Shown piece after piece: positions 18,615 to 28,031 of a DNA stretch of 64,000 bases; the first letter of the stretch is position 1, and each line of letters starts with the position of its first letter. The notes under the pieces were generated by a model. That model searched no databases. It was not told the DNA's origin and saw nothing but the letters and a program-made list of their open reading frames with translations. The stretch covers positions 176,450 to 240,449 of the forward strand of contig CAVQBD010000003.1 of the NCBI GenBank assembly GCA_963710645.1. The letters are read 5' to 3'. Origin of the DNA: an uncultured Holophagae bacterium (GTDB taxonomy: Bacteria; Acidobacteriota; Thermoanaerobaculia; Thermoanaerobaculales; Sulfomarinibacteraceae). Position numbers and translations under genes: made by a program.

Positions 18615-19772
18615 TCAATTCCTCGCCCCCGTTCCCGACGCCGGGGTCCACGGTGGCGCAACGTGGAGGTCGTTGGCGTGAGCCTGCTCCCACGCCCGCA
18701 CCTTGACCCGGGCCGCGTCGAAGAGTCTCTCGTAGTTGCCCTTGCGCACTTTGTAGCTTGCCTCCGGCGTCAGCAGAGCCCAGAGTGGCGCGTAGGCGTC
18801 GTAGACCGCGACCTGGGCCGCGGCCGAGCTCGGCGCCACGACATCGGTGCCGAAGAGGAAGCGGTCGGGGTAACGATTGATCATGTCGGCGGTGTGTTGG
18901 GTCGTCTCCGGTGTCGCCGTCACGTACTTGGCGACCTCGTCCCACGAGATGTCCATGTAGACGTGCGCCAGGGTGGGATCGGTGCAGATCTTCTCGACGA
19001 TCGCAGCCTGCTGCTCGAGTGGACGCACGACCCGGCCAACCCCGAGATGCGCCCAGATAATCGTGGTTTCAGGGTGGTGCGCGAAGAGTTCCTTCAACTG
19101 GGCGAGAATGTACGGCTCCTGGTCCGGCTTCGGGAACGGCATGTTGATGTCGTTGTGGAGGATGACCACCAGCCCGACTTCACCGGCGAAGTCGAAAATC
19201 CGGTCGAGCGCCGGATCGGTCAGGCTCGCCACCTCTCCGGCCACCTTCGCCGACACGAACTCCTTGTGGATGGTGAACTCACCGATCCCGGAGAACACCC
19301 CCGGAAAGGTCAGCAGCACCCGCCGAATGTGGTCGGCCGCGTACATGTCGGCGGGGTTGAAACCGGTGATCATGGGGTCGAAGCGTTCCTGCTGCTCCGG
19401 TGTCAGCGACTTGTATGCCATCGCAATGTGGGCGTCGGTGAACGAGTAGTAGTAGAGCGGCGCATCGGACTGCAGGTAATAGGTCGGCGCGAAGTCGCCG
19501 GTGTTGCCGTACGACCACATCTGCTGCAGCGGCAGGCCGAACACCGTAGAGCGGCCGATCGTCGTGCCCATCAACTCGACGTAGTCGTGGATGTCCGTGC
19601 CCTCCTGGATGTAGTTCGTGATGTGGAAGTGCGAGTCAAAAAACTCGGCGTCCGCCGGCACCTGCGCCGCGGCCGGCAGGCTCGAGAGCGTGGCGACGAG
19701 GACGAAGATGAGCCTGAGCGCCAGCCCAAAATGCCGGATGGTGATGTGTCCATCGTGATGATGCGTGTTCAT
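18615..19772 (-). CDS. Exported amidohydrolase-family protein
   Basis: Signal peptide; DSHFH, GIGEFTIHKE, ILHND, WAHLG, RFLFGTD. Confidence 0.88.
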   Translation of the reverse strand: MNTHHHDGHITIRHFGLALRLIFVLVATLSSLPAAAQVPADAEFFDSHFHITNYIQEGTDIHDYVELMGTTIGRSTVFGLPLQQMWSYGNTGDFAPTYYLQSDAPLYYYSFTDAHIAMAYKSLTPEQQERFDPMITGFNPADMYAADHIRRVLLTFPGVFSGIGEFTIHKEFVSAKVAGEVASLTDPALDRIFDFAGEVGLVVILHNDINMPFPKPDQEPYILAQLKELFAHHPETTIIWAHLGVGRVVRPLEQQAAIVEKICTDPTLAHVYMDISWDEVAKYVTATPETTQHTADMINRYPDRFLFGTDVVAPSSAAAQVAVYDAYAPLWALLTPEASYKVRKGNYERLFDAARVKVRAWEQAHANDLHVAPPWTPASGTGARN

Positions 19773-19802
19773 GTCTTCCTCTCTCCTTTCGTATGCAGTG
19801 CC

Positions 19803-21401
19803 TCAGAAGAAGATCGAAAATGCCGCCGACACCGTCGTGCCGTCCTGGCCGCCCGTGTAGTAGCCGAAAGTACTCGAGACCGGAGATCTGTTGACGTCGA
19901 TGACCTGGAGGTTGAGCCGGTGATTCCGCGTGTTGAAGGGGTACCAGTTCGTACCGATCAGGTACTCCGAGCTGTCGTCAAAGCCCGCGTCTTCGTCGCC
20001 GAAGATCTGCGAGGTCGCGGCGTAGAGTTCGAGTTTCTGTTTGATGGGGAAGAACGCCGCCTGGACATAAAAACCGGTGTCCACGATCTCGTCGACCGGC
20101 AAGGCGCCATCCGCCTGGAACCCGTTGAGCGTCCGGTGGTAGAACTCGGTCTGGAAGAAGAAACCCCGGTACTTCAGACCGGCATCGAACGCGAGGACCT
20201 GATAGTCCGCGTTGGTCACCGTGACACCCGGCGCCAGAGACCCCTCTGCGAACAGATTCAGACTGTCTGCGAGTTTCAGAGCGGTGTTCCCCGGGTTGGT
20301 GCCGATCGCCGTGTACCGCTCCTCGGGGCTCAGAACCGTCGACACACCGAAACGGGTCGCCAGATCCTCGTGATATTCCCAGTCGCCATAGCCGCCCCTG
20401 GGGCCGAACTCGTGGGTCGTCGGCATCCACCAGACCGAGCCGCCGTAGGTGAAGTGCCGGTCGATCTGGCTGGCGGTGACGCCCAGGGTGCTCGAGGTGT
20501 TTCCCATCGACGCGCTGTACCAGAGGCCCGGCAGGACCTCTCCATTCGCCCAAAGGCCCTGGGCAAAGAACGGCCGGAAGAACTCATCGGCCATGACGCG
20601 GTCGTTGCCGAGCCAGTAGGGGTGCGAGCCGAGCATCGACCTCGAGCCCGGGTTGCCGAAGATCCCGGCATAGAGGCTGAACTTCTTGTCGAACTGGTAG
20701 CCGATGTTGCCGAAGATGGCACTCTGGTTGGTTGTGTTGACGGTCCAAAACGCGATTGTGTAGCGTAGTTTCGGCGTCGCCATCCAGCCGTTCAGCCAGA
20801 CGAGGATCCGGTGAGAGTAGATGTCCCGCCGGGCGTCGACGGGATGCTGGTTGCCGAGGTGGTCGGTGAACATCTGGTCGGCGGGCATCTGGTTCATGTA
20901 CCGAAGCAGCGCGTAGGCGCTGATGGAGAGTTCCCCTGCTTCGCTTGTGCCGACGACGAACCCCTTGCCGGGATCGTACACACCCCAGGACTCGTTGGCC
21001 GGGGCCTCCGCGACACCGGCGTCAGGCGGCGGAGACGCGTCATGGCTCACCGCCGCGGTGTCCTCAGGAGTCGTTGCCGCAGTTTTCATGTCCGCGTCGG
21101 GCTCGAGCGGGGCGGCGGCCACCAGGAACTCGCCGCCGCAGCCCTCTGTGACCCACACACCTGTGCCGTCATAGCCCCAGGTTCTGCCCAGCAGGCAGGC
21201 CACCTCCCCCGTCTCTCGAACCAACAGGACGCCAGCCGACGTGTCGGCCGGGCAGTGTTGGCGCTCGTCGACCCCTGACGTGCAACTAACGGTCGCAATC
21301 GGGCCCGCGTTTCTTGTCGGCGCCTGCGCCAGGGCCATGGGCGCCAGACACAGGGCTCCAGTTGCTGACAAGAACATCACCCGGGTTCCGAAACTCATCA
21401 T
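19803..21401 (-). CDS. DUF3011 domain fused to an outer-membrane porin-like barrel
   Basis: Signal peptide; CTS..ERQHC...CLLGRTWGYD..GVWV..GCGGEF; barrel body with C-terminal FSIFF. Confidence 0.8.
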   Translation of the reverse strand: MMSFGTRVMFLSATGALCLAPMALAQAPTRNAGPIATVSCTSGVDERQHCPADTSAGVLLVRETGEVACLLGRTWGYDGTGVWVTEGCGGEFLVAAAPLEPDADMKTAATTPEDTAAVSHDASPPPDAGVAEAPANESWGVYDPGKGFVVGTSEAGELSISAYALLRYMNQMPADQMFTDHLGNQHPVDARRDIYSHRILVWLNGWMATPKLRYTIAFWTVNTTNQSAIFGNIGYQFDKKFSLYAGIFGNPGSRSMLGSHPYWLGNDRVMADEFFRPFFAQGLWANGEVLPGLWYSASMGNTSSTLGVTASQIDRHFTYGGSVWWMPTTHEFGPRGGYGDWEYHEDLATRFGVSTVLSPEERYTAIGTNPGNTALKLADSLNLFAEGSLAPGVTVTNADYQVLAFDAGLKYRGFFFQTEFYHRTLNGFQADGALPVDEIVDTGFYVQAAFFPIKQKLELYAATSQIFGDEDAGFDDSSEYLIGTNWYPFNTRNHRLNLQVIDVNRSPVSSTFGYYTGGQDGTTVSAAFSIFF

Positions 21402-21403
21402 CT

Positions 21404-21802
21404 CTAAACTCCTTCTTCGGCGTGTTTTGGGATGTGACGGACGGCATCGATGGACGGCAACAGATCGGTGCCGATCGCCCGCTTGAGCACGAAGGCATCG
21501 GCGCCGGCCTCCATCGCCGCGAGGCGCACGCTCTGTTCGTCGTGGACACTGAGGACGATCACCTTGAGGTCCGGACAGCGCTGCCGCAGCTCTCGCAACC
21601 AGCCCATGCCTTTGCCCGGAGCCAGCGACAGGTCGACGACCGCGACCTCGGGCCGAAGCCGAACCGCTCCTTCGAGGAGCGAGGTCTCGTCGGCGACCAT
21701 GACCACCGATCCAAAGGCCGTCTCGAGCAGGCCGCGGACGCCCTCCGTGAGACCGTGGTGGCGGTCCGCCAGCAGAGCGCAGCTCAGGGGGTTCTCTGAC
21801 AT
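21404..21802 (-). CDS. Stand-alone response-regulator receiver (paralog 2)
   Basis: Close paralog of 12953-13399; receiver domain only. Confidence 0.88.
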   Translation of the reverse strand: MSENPLSCALLADRHHGLTEGVRGLLETAFGSVVMVADETSLLEGAVRLRPEVAVVDLSLAPGKGMGWLRELRQRCPDLKVIVLSVHDEQSVRLAAMEAGADAFVLKRAIGTDLLPSIDAVRHIPKHAEEGV

Positions 21803-21864
21803 TGAGACCTTCTCTCCGCGACAGTGCTCTTCGCGTTGTCTGCCTGAAAATCGGCATTAAACGG

Positions 21865-21932
21865 ACGTTAGCCGAGAATCGAAGGGCTGTGACCTCGGGA
21901 TCTTACGGGCCGTGACCTCGCAAATTTACGGG
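21865..21932 (-). promoter_or_regulatory. Regulon promoter 7 with two tandem boxes
   Basis: Minus strand: CCCGTAAATTTGCGAGGTCACGG then CCCGTAAGATCCCGAGGTCACAG-16nt-TAACGT (23-nt period). Confidence 0.8.
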
Positions 21933-21960
21933 GCGTGTGGCTCGGAAGCTTCGAGGCGGA

Positions 21961-22614
21961 CTAGAGCTCGACGAGGCCGTGCTTGATCGCGAAGTGGATC
22001 AGCTCGGCGTTGGTGTGCAGGTCCAGCGTCTCCATCATCTGGTACTTGTGGAACTCCACCGTCCGGGTCGAGATCTCCAGGTTCGCGGCGATCTCTTTCG
22101 CCGAACGCCCTTCGGCCAGGAGGCGAAGAACCTCCCGCTGTCGCAACGTGATTGAAGCGACGGGGTCGTCGCCCACGTGCTCCGGATCCTGCTTCATGGC
22201 GTCCAGGACTTCACCCGCGAGCTGCGGCGTGAGGTAGGTCTTACCCTGGAGGGCGGCACGGATCGCCATCACCAGCTCCGCCGACGCCGAGTGCTTGAGC
22301 ACGAAGCCCGACGCCCCGGCGTCGAGAGCGCGCCGCGCGAACATCACGTCCCGGTGCATGGTCAGAAACACCACGGGCGTTCGATCTCCGTCCTGCCGCA
22401 ACCGCATGAGAGCTTCGATGCCGTTGAGGTGGGGCATGGTGACGTCGGCGACGATCACGTCGGGACGCAAATTCGCGACCTCCTCGATCAACGCCCGCCC
22501 GTCCACCACCACGCCCACCAGGTCGAACTCGGGGGTGAGCAGGCTCTTCAGCGCCTCGGCCACTAAGAGGTGATCGTCGGCGAGGAGCACACGCGGTCGA
22601 CGGGCAGAGCTCAT
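21961..22614 (-). CDS. NarL/LuxR-family DNA-binding response regulator
   Basis: VLLADDH, ADVTMP.LNG, FLTMH, HTH segment RQREVLRLLAEG.SAKEIA..L.ISTRTVEFHK. Confidence 0.95.
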   Translation of the reverse strand: MSSARRPRVLLADDHLLVAEALKSLLTPEFDLVGVVVDGRALIEEVANLRPDVIVADVTMPHLNGIEALMRLRQDGDRTPVVFLTMHRDVMFARRALDAGASGFVLKHSASAELVMAIRAALQGKTYLTPQLAGEVLDAMKQDPEHVGDDPVASITLRQREVLRLLAEGRSAKEIAANLEISTRTVEFHKYQMMETLDLHTNAELIHFAIKHGLVEL

Positions 22615-24596
22615 GGGGCCTCTCCTCCGGTGGGAACCCAGGCGATGACTGAAGTGCCCCCACCGGGCGAACTCTCGAGGTCGAGCGTACCGTTCACCAA
22701 CCGTACCCGTTCGCGCATGCTCGCCAGACCGAGGCTCCTGCCCCTTCCCGGACTCGCCGGATCGAAGCCGACGCCGTCGTCACGGACTGCGAGGAGCAGA
22801 CCATGGTCCATCGGCCGCAGGGTGACGCTGGCAGCCCCGACACCGGCGTGGCGGGCCACGTTGTTCAGCGCCTCCTGCGCCACGCGGAACAGACAGAGCG
22901 CCTCCCCTTTCCCGACGGCGGCTGGCAGCGGATCGAGCTTCAACGAGAGCTCGATCCGGCGCTGGCGACCCTGCCGTTCACACTCCGCCCGCAGCGCCTC
23001 GACGAGGCCGAGTTCGTCAAGGACCGACGGGTGGAGCTGGTACGCCAGAGAGTGGATATCCTCGCTGAGACGCACGAGCCCTTCGCGAACCGACCGCATC
23101 GCAGATGCCTGCGGTCCGTCTGAATCGGCAAGCTCTGCGCGGCCGGCCTCGATCGCCAGCACGGCAACCCGCTGCGTCAGGTCGTCGTGCAGCTCGCGCG
23201 CGAGCAGCGCGCGCTCCTCCTCGTGAGCGCCGATCAACCGCCTGCTCAGATTACGCAACTCGTTCTCGACCTGCTTGGATTCCGTGACATCGCGAAAGAC
23301 ACCGAAGGTGCGGAGCGCCCGTCCGATGGCGTCGCGCTCCGCGACCCCGGCCAGGTGGTGAATCCACCTCTCACCTCGGCTCGGATGGACGTACCGATAC
23401 TCGATGGAGACCCGATCTAGCCTCCTGTCCTGCATCTGCTGTCGACGATCCAACACGCGCGGAAGGTCTTCAGGGTGCAGGTGCTCCATCCAGAACTCCA
23501 GGGCCTGGAGGCCCAGCTCACGGTCGGGGGGAATTCCACAGAGGTCGCGCAGCCGGTCGTCGATGAACATGACGCCAGAGTCGAAATCCGCCTCGTAGAA
23601 CGCCAGGCCGGCGAGCTCGGCGCCCGCGGCCAGACGGGCTTCGCTCGCGCGAAACGATTCTTCGCTCAGCTTCCGCTCGGTGATGTCGATCGAAACGCCC
23701 ATCAGACGCTCCGGCTCGCCGGTGGAGTCGTACCGGGGCCGCCCGCGGGAAGAGATCCATCGCACGCTGCCGTCGGCGAGGAGGATCCGGTAATCAACGC
23801 TCACGGGATCGCCGGTCCGCGCGGACTGCCCGATGGCCTTGCGAACGGCATCCCAGTCCTCGGGGTGGACGGACGCCTCGAATCGCTCCATGCTGATGGC
23901 CTCGTCCGACGAGAACCCGAAGATCGCCCGACCTCTCTCGGTGGCCCAGAACATCCCGGTGCTGAATTCCAGCATCCACAGCCCCGCACCGGCGGAATCC
24001 ACCGCCAGGGCCAGGCGCTCCTCGCTCTCCTGCAGGCTCAACACGTGGCTTTTGCGGGCGAGCGCATTGGCAAAGACGTGCGCGACCAGTTGCAGCCGAT
24101 TGACCACCGCATCCGGCCAGCCGCGCTCCGCCTGCAGGGTATTGAATGCCAGGGCGCCCACGGGCGGCCCGCCCCCCACCGCGAGCGGGAGACACAGATT
24201 CGACTTGATGCCGCTCAGGCGGGCGCTCTCCCGGTCGACGGCGGCCTCGGCCGGCAGCTCCTCCATCGAGGAGAGGACAACCATGCGACCGGCCAGCATT
24301 TCTCCAACGACCCAGGGGTACTGCTCCTGGTGCAAAGGCTGGGCAGGTTGCGCACCCTCCGGGGCGGGGTGGACATGGGTGGGCGCAATGACGCCCGGGT
24401 CGTCAGTCGACCACTGCCAGAGGACAGCGAGATCGATTCCGAGATGCTCGCAGACGCGGCGCAGCGCGTCCTCGATCTGGTGGTCCACATCGGCCGGCGG
24501 CAGGTTGACGAACTTCGACGACAGATCGGCGAGCAGCTCCTCGAAGCGCAGGCGTTCCCGGAGATCTGAGTGCTGGTGGGCTGTGTCGCCAGTCAT
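22611..24596 (-). CDS. Cytoplasmic GAF-PAS-PAS sensor histidine kinase (HisKA_3)
   Basis: GAF region, two PAS folds (VHPED, LHPED), EER..LARELHD, QEALNNVARHA, DDGVGFD, GLASMRER; no TM helix. Alternative start 24647. Confidence 0.93.
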   Translation of the reverse strand: MTGDTAHQHSDLRERLRFEELLADLSSKFVNLPPADVDHQIEDALRRVCEHLGIDLAVLWQWSTDDPGVIAPTHVHPAPEGAQPAQPLHQEQYPWVVGEMLAGRMVVLSSMEELPAEAAVDRESARLSGIKSNLCLPLAVGGGPPVGALAFNTLQAERGWPDAVVNRLQLVAHVFANALARKSHVLSLQESEERLALAVDSAGAGLWMLEFSTGMFWATERGRAIFGFSSDEAISMERFEASVHPEDWDAVRKAIGQSARTGDPVSVDYRILLADGSVRWISSRGRPRYDSTGEPERLMGVSIDITERKLSEESFRASEARLAAGAELAGLAFYEADFDSGVMFIDDRLRDLCGIPPDRELGLQALEFWMEHLHPEDLPRVLDRRQQMQDRRLDRVSIEYRYVHPSRGERWIHHLAGVAERDAIGRALRTFGVFRDVTESKQVENELRNLSRRLIGAHEEERALLARELHDDLTQRVAVLAIEAGRAELADSDGPQASAMRSVREGLVRLSEDIHSLAYQLHPSVLDELGLVEALRAECERQGRQRRIELSLKLDPLPAAVGKGEALCLFRVAQEALNNVARHAGVGAASVTLRPMDHGLLLAVRDDGVGFDPASPGRGRSLGLASMRERVRLVNGTLDLESSPGGGTSVIAWVPTGGEAP

Positions 24597-24655
24597 CGGG
24601 ACATTTTTGCACAGCCATCCGGGATCCGACAGAGGCCCGTAGTACACTGCCGACC

Positions 24656-26311
24656 ATGCAGATCTTTATTGACTTCCTTCGCAACCAACCGGTAATGACG
24701 TTGTTTCTGGTGTTCGGGCTGGGGCACCTGATCGGTCGCGTCCGCATCGGAGTTGTGACCCTCGGGCCGGTCGCGGGGGTCCTGTTCGTCGGGCTCGGTT
24801 TCGGGTATCTGGGCTTCGAGATGTCACCCGGGGCCCAGGCGGTCGGATTTGCATTATTCATCTTCTCGGTCGGATACCAGGCCGGACCACGTTTTTTCGA
24901 TGTGCTCCGAACCGATGGGCGCAAATACCTGGTGATCGCACTGATCGTGACCGTGACGGGCGTGGTTGCCGCCGTCGGACTCGCGCGCGCGTTTGGGTTC
25001 GAACCGGGCACCGGAGCCGGTCTGCTCGCAGGCGGCCTCACGAGTTCGCCGACGCTGGCGGCGGCACAGGACGCGATCCAAGGTGGCACTGTCAGTCCGC
25101 CGGAGGGATGGAGCGTCGATCAGATGGTCGGCAACATCACCACCGGGTATGCGATCACCTACATATTCGGTCTCGCCGGGCTGATTTTGATCGTCAAACT
25201 GTTGCCCGCGTTGATCGGCATCAATCTCGCCGACGAGGCAAAACGTTACGAGACTACGATGCATGCAGCCGTCCCCGACGCCGCGGACAGGGCTGGCTTC
25301 CGCGCCTATCGGGTATCGAATGAAGATTTCATCCGAATGCCCTTCGATGAGCTCCGCGAGCTTTGGGACGGGTTCTCCTGGGTCCGGCTGCGTCGCGGCG
25401 ATGCGTTCATCGACCCTCGCTCGATCGAACGGCTCGAACTTGACGATGAGGTCATCGTTCTCGGTTCGCCGGCGTTCCTGGACCGCATTCATACGCTCGG
25501 TGAGGACATCAGCTTTGTGCAAGAGACGGCCGGACCGATGGAAACTGCCCGGGTCATTGTGCAGCGCAAAGATGTCGTCGGACGGACTCTGGCGGACCTC
25601 GAAATCGCGAGGAACTTCGGCGTCTATGCCGAAGGCGTGACCCGGATGGGCAAAGACATCTCTCTTGAGCTTTCGGTCGAGATGCGCCGCGGTGACGAGA
25701 TCAAGGTCACCGGACCGACGGCCAATATCGACGCCCTCGGCGATGCCCTCGGCGAGGTCCAACGGGACAACAACGAAACCGATCTGCTGGTGCTTGCCGT
25801 CGGCATCGTGGCAGGGGTGTTCCTTGGCACCTTATCGATCACCGTTTTCGACCTTTCGATTGGTCTCGGCTCGGCCGGAGGTCTTCTGGTGTCCGGAATC
25901 ATCATCGGCTTCTTGAACAGTGTCCGTTCGGCATTCGGTGTCTTCCCCGAGGCGGCGCAGAACCTGCTCAAAGATTTCGGCCTGCAGTTGTTCATGATCG
26001 GTGTCGGGCTGCGCGCAGGAGCCGACATCGTGGAGACCTTCATGCAGGCCGGGCCTCAGCTTGTCGCGGCCGGAGCCGTGGTGACCTTGGTTCCCCTGCT
26101 CATCGCGTACTTCGTTGGCAATCGCCTGATGCATTTGAATCCGGCCATCCTGTTTGGAGCGATCGCCGGCGCGATGACCAGCGGTGCGACGTTGAGTGTG
26201 GTGACCGGTGAGGCGAAGAGCAATATCCCCGCTCTGGGGTACACGGGTACCTACGCATTTTCTAACGTCTTCCTGACGGTTGCGGGGCCGATCGTCGTGG
26301 CCCTCGCCTGA
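24656..26311 (+). CDS. AspT/YidE/YbjL aspartate:alanine exchanger-family transporter with TrkA-C domains
   Basis: LGPVAGVLF, GFALFIFSVGYQAGPRFF, AGGLTSSPTL, GYAITY.FG, GAIAGAMTS, PALGYTGTYA. Confidence 0.9.
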   Translation: MQIFIDFLRNQPVMTLFLVFGLGHLIGRVRIGVVTLGPVAGVLFVGLGFGYLGFEMSPGAQAVGFALFIFSVGYQAGPRFFDVLRTDGRKYLVIALIVTVTGVVAAVGLARAFGFEPGTGAGLLAGGLTSSPTLAAAQDAIQGGTVSPPEGWSVDQMVGNITTGYAITYIFGLAGLILIVKLLPALIGINLADEAKRYETTMHAAVPDAADRAGFRAYRVSNEDFIRMPFDELRELWDGFSWVRLRRGDAFIDPRSIERLELDDEVIVLGSPAFLDRIHTLGEDISFVQETAGPMETARVIVQRKDVVGRTLADLEIARNFGVYAEGVTRMGKDISLELSVEMRRGDEIKVTGPTANIDALGDALGEVQRDNNETDLLVLAVGIVAGVFLGTLSITVFDLSIGLGSAGGLLVSGIIIGFLNSVRSAFGVFPEAAQNLLKDFGLQLFMIGVGLRAGADIVETFMQAGPQLVAAGAVVTLVPLLIAYFVGNRLMHLNPAILFGAIAGAMTSGATLSVVTGEAKSNIPALGYTGTYAFSNVFLTVAGPIVVALA

Positions 26312-26638
26312 CGGGCAATCCATCTCTTTTTCTGGTGCCAGGTGATCTGCGATCGCGCGATCAATCGAGGCAGGGAATGAAGGCGGGGAGGTTGCTCCAC
26401 AACGACCGTTCGTTGAGCACATCGGCGGGTGCAACATATGCACTTCCGCACCTGTTGAAGGGCGCGAAGTTCATTTGCCGGTTTGTCTTGGGAGTCTTCC
26501 GGCGCGTCAACACGAGTGAACGGTTGCCCATGGCCCATGCCGGCGGGGTGATAGGCTGGGCGAAGTAGCAAAGGAAACTCCTATCCGTGACTCCGGGACC
26601 CATCATCAGCGAAACCAATCACTCGTGAGGAATGTGCC

Positions 26639-27373
26639 GTGCAGAGACAGCTTCTGAAACAAAGACGAATCTCGATGAATTGTGCGGTAGCCGCTGTGGC
26701 GGTCGGTCTGATGGCTTGGCACGCGACCTCCGCCGAATTACCCGGCCAAAGCACGAACGTGGTCCCTGTCGCCGAGTCCGGACGCGCTCTTGACGAGACC
26801 CCGTCCCTGGCGGCGCGGACGCCGTTGGTGGAGACCCTGATCGTCGTACGCCACGCCGAAAAACCGCCGGAGGGTTTGGGGCTGCTGACCTGCCAGGGTC
26901 TCAACCGTGCCCTGATGCTGCCGGACTTCTTTGCCGCCACCTTCGCGCCCCCGGACATAATCTTCGCTCCCAACCCGGCGGTGAGGACGACCGAGATCCA
27001 TGGTGATGGTCAGCGTTACGACTATGTCCGGCCGCTGTTGACGATAGGTCCGACTGCCGTTCGACTGGGAGTGCCCGTCAACACACAACTGCCGTTCAAC
27101 GATCCGGGCCTGTTGGCAGACACACTGCTCGATCCCCAATATCACGGCGACACGATCTACGTCTGCTGGGAGCACGCCAACCTGGTGGACTTCGCGAAGA
27201 TCATGCTGAAACGCTTTAACGACCCGACCCCGGTTCCAACCTGGCCCAACAGCGATTACGACACCTTCTACGTGTTCACCATCCATTGGAACGAGTCCCC
27301 CACGCTGAAGTTCGAAGTCCGATCTGAGAACCTCGGGCCGATCAGTGAGAAATGCCCCCAGCCAGCGCTGTAG
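26639..27373 (+). CDS. Exported histidine phosphatase-family protein
   Basis: VRHAEKP, LTCQGLNRAL, YVRPLLTI.P, VCWEH; signal peptide. Confidence 0.85.
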   Translation: MQRQLLKQRRISMNCAVAAVAVGLMAWHATSAELPGQSTNVVPVAESGRALDETPSLAARTPLVETLIVVRHAEKPPEGLGLLTCQGLNRALMLPDFFAATFAPPDIIFAPNPAVRTTEIHGDGQRYDYVRPLLTIGPTAVRLGVPVNTQLPFNDPGLLADTLLDPQYHGDTIYVCWEHANLVDFAKIMLKRFNDPTPVPTWPNSDYDTFYVFTIHWNESPTLKFEVRSENLGPISEKCPQPAL

Positions 27374-27419
27374 AAGGCGGCACATGGGTGCCACTTCTTG
27401 AACCATCTCAGGCCCCCGC

Positions 27420-27848
27420 CGAGGCACAGCGCGACTACGAACCCCTGCATGACCAGTTCAACTTCCAGATCGAGCTCAGCTGGGTCAACATCTCGAGCGA
27501 GATATGGCTCGACTCAGAGATCCTCGGCACGGGCTCCACCCTCGCCTTCCAGGGCAGATCGCCAAACGACACAGAGCCGGCGTCCGCGGACAAAACATCG
27601 ATCGCTCCTCGGCGACGCATGTGGAAGATGAATTCCATCGGGGAGACGAGGTCATACCCGTGGATGCCATTCTCAATCTGATCGTCAGCCTGACGCAGAG
27701 CTTCATCGACTACGCCTTCTACCCGTGGGTGAAAGAGCGCTGGGCGGCCGGGTTCGACCTGGCGTACGAGATTTTCCAAAACGGTTATCCCAGGGAAACG
27801 CTGCCGTCGGGGTATGACCCGGAGGCTGAATTCAATATGGATGACTGA
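27420..27848 (+). pseudogene. Degraded outer-membrane beta-barrel remnant
   Basis: QRDYEPLHDQFNFQIELSWVNISSEIWLDSEILGTGSTL in one frame, then IAKRHR.GVR..IDR...GDEVIPVD...FIDY.FYPWVKERWAAGF in another; no start or signal peptide. Confidence 0.5.
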
Positions 27849-28031
27849 GAGCCCCATATCGAAGGGTGCCAAAGGGCTGCGACTGGAAACGCAGACTCGG
27901 CACTCAGATGAGGTCGTGGCACACACCCGGAGGAATTTTCGGGGACTCCAGGCTCTTGAATACAACGTTGAATAGTCTTCAATAACGACAGGTCGCGTAG
28001 CCTGCGTCGCGCGGGTCTGGAAGGGGTGAGC

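Noticed and set aside
27925-27952. Possible eighth regulon box (also checked near 24636 and upstream of 26639)
   Set aside because: Only partial similarity, and no -10 at the fixed 16-nt distance.
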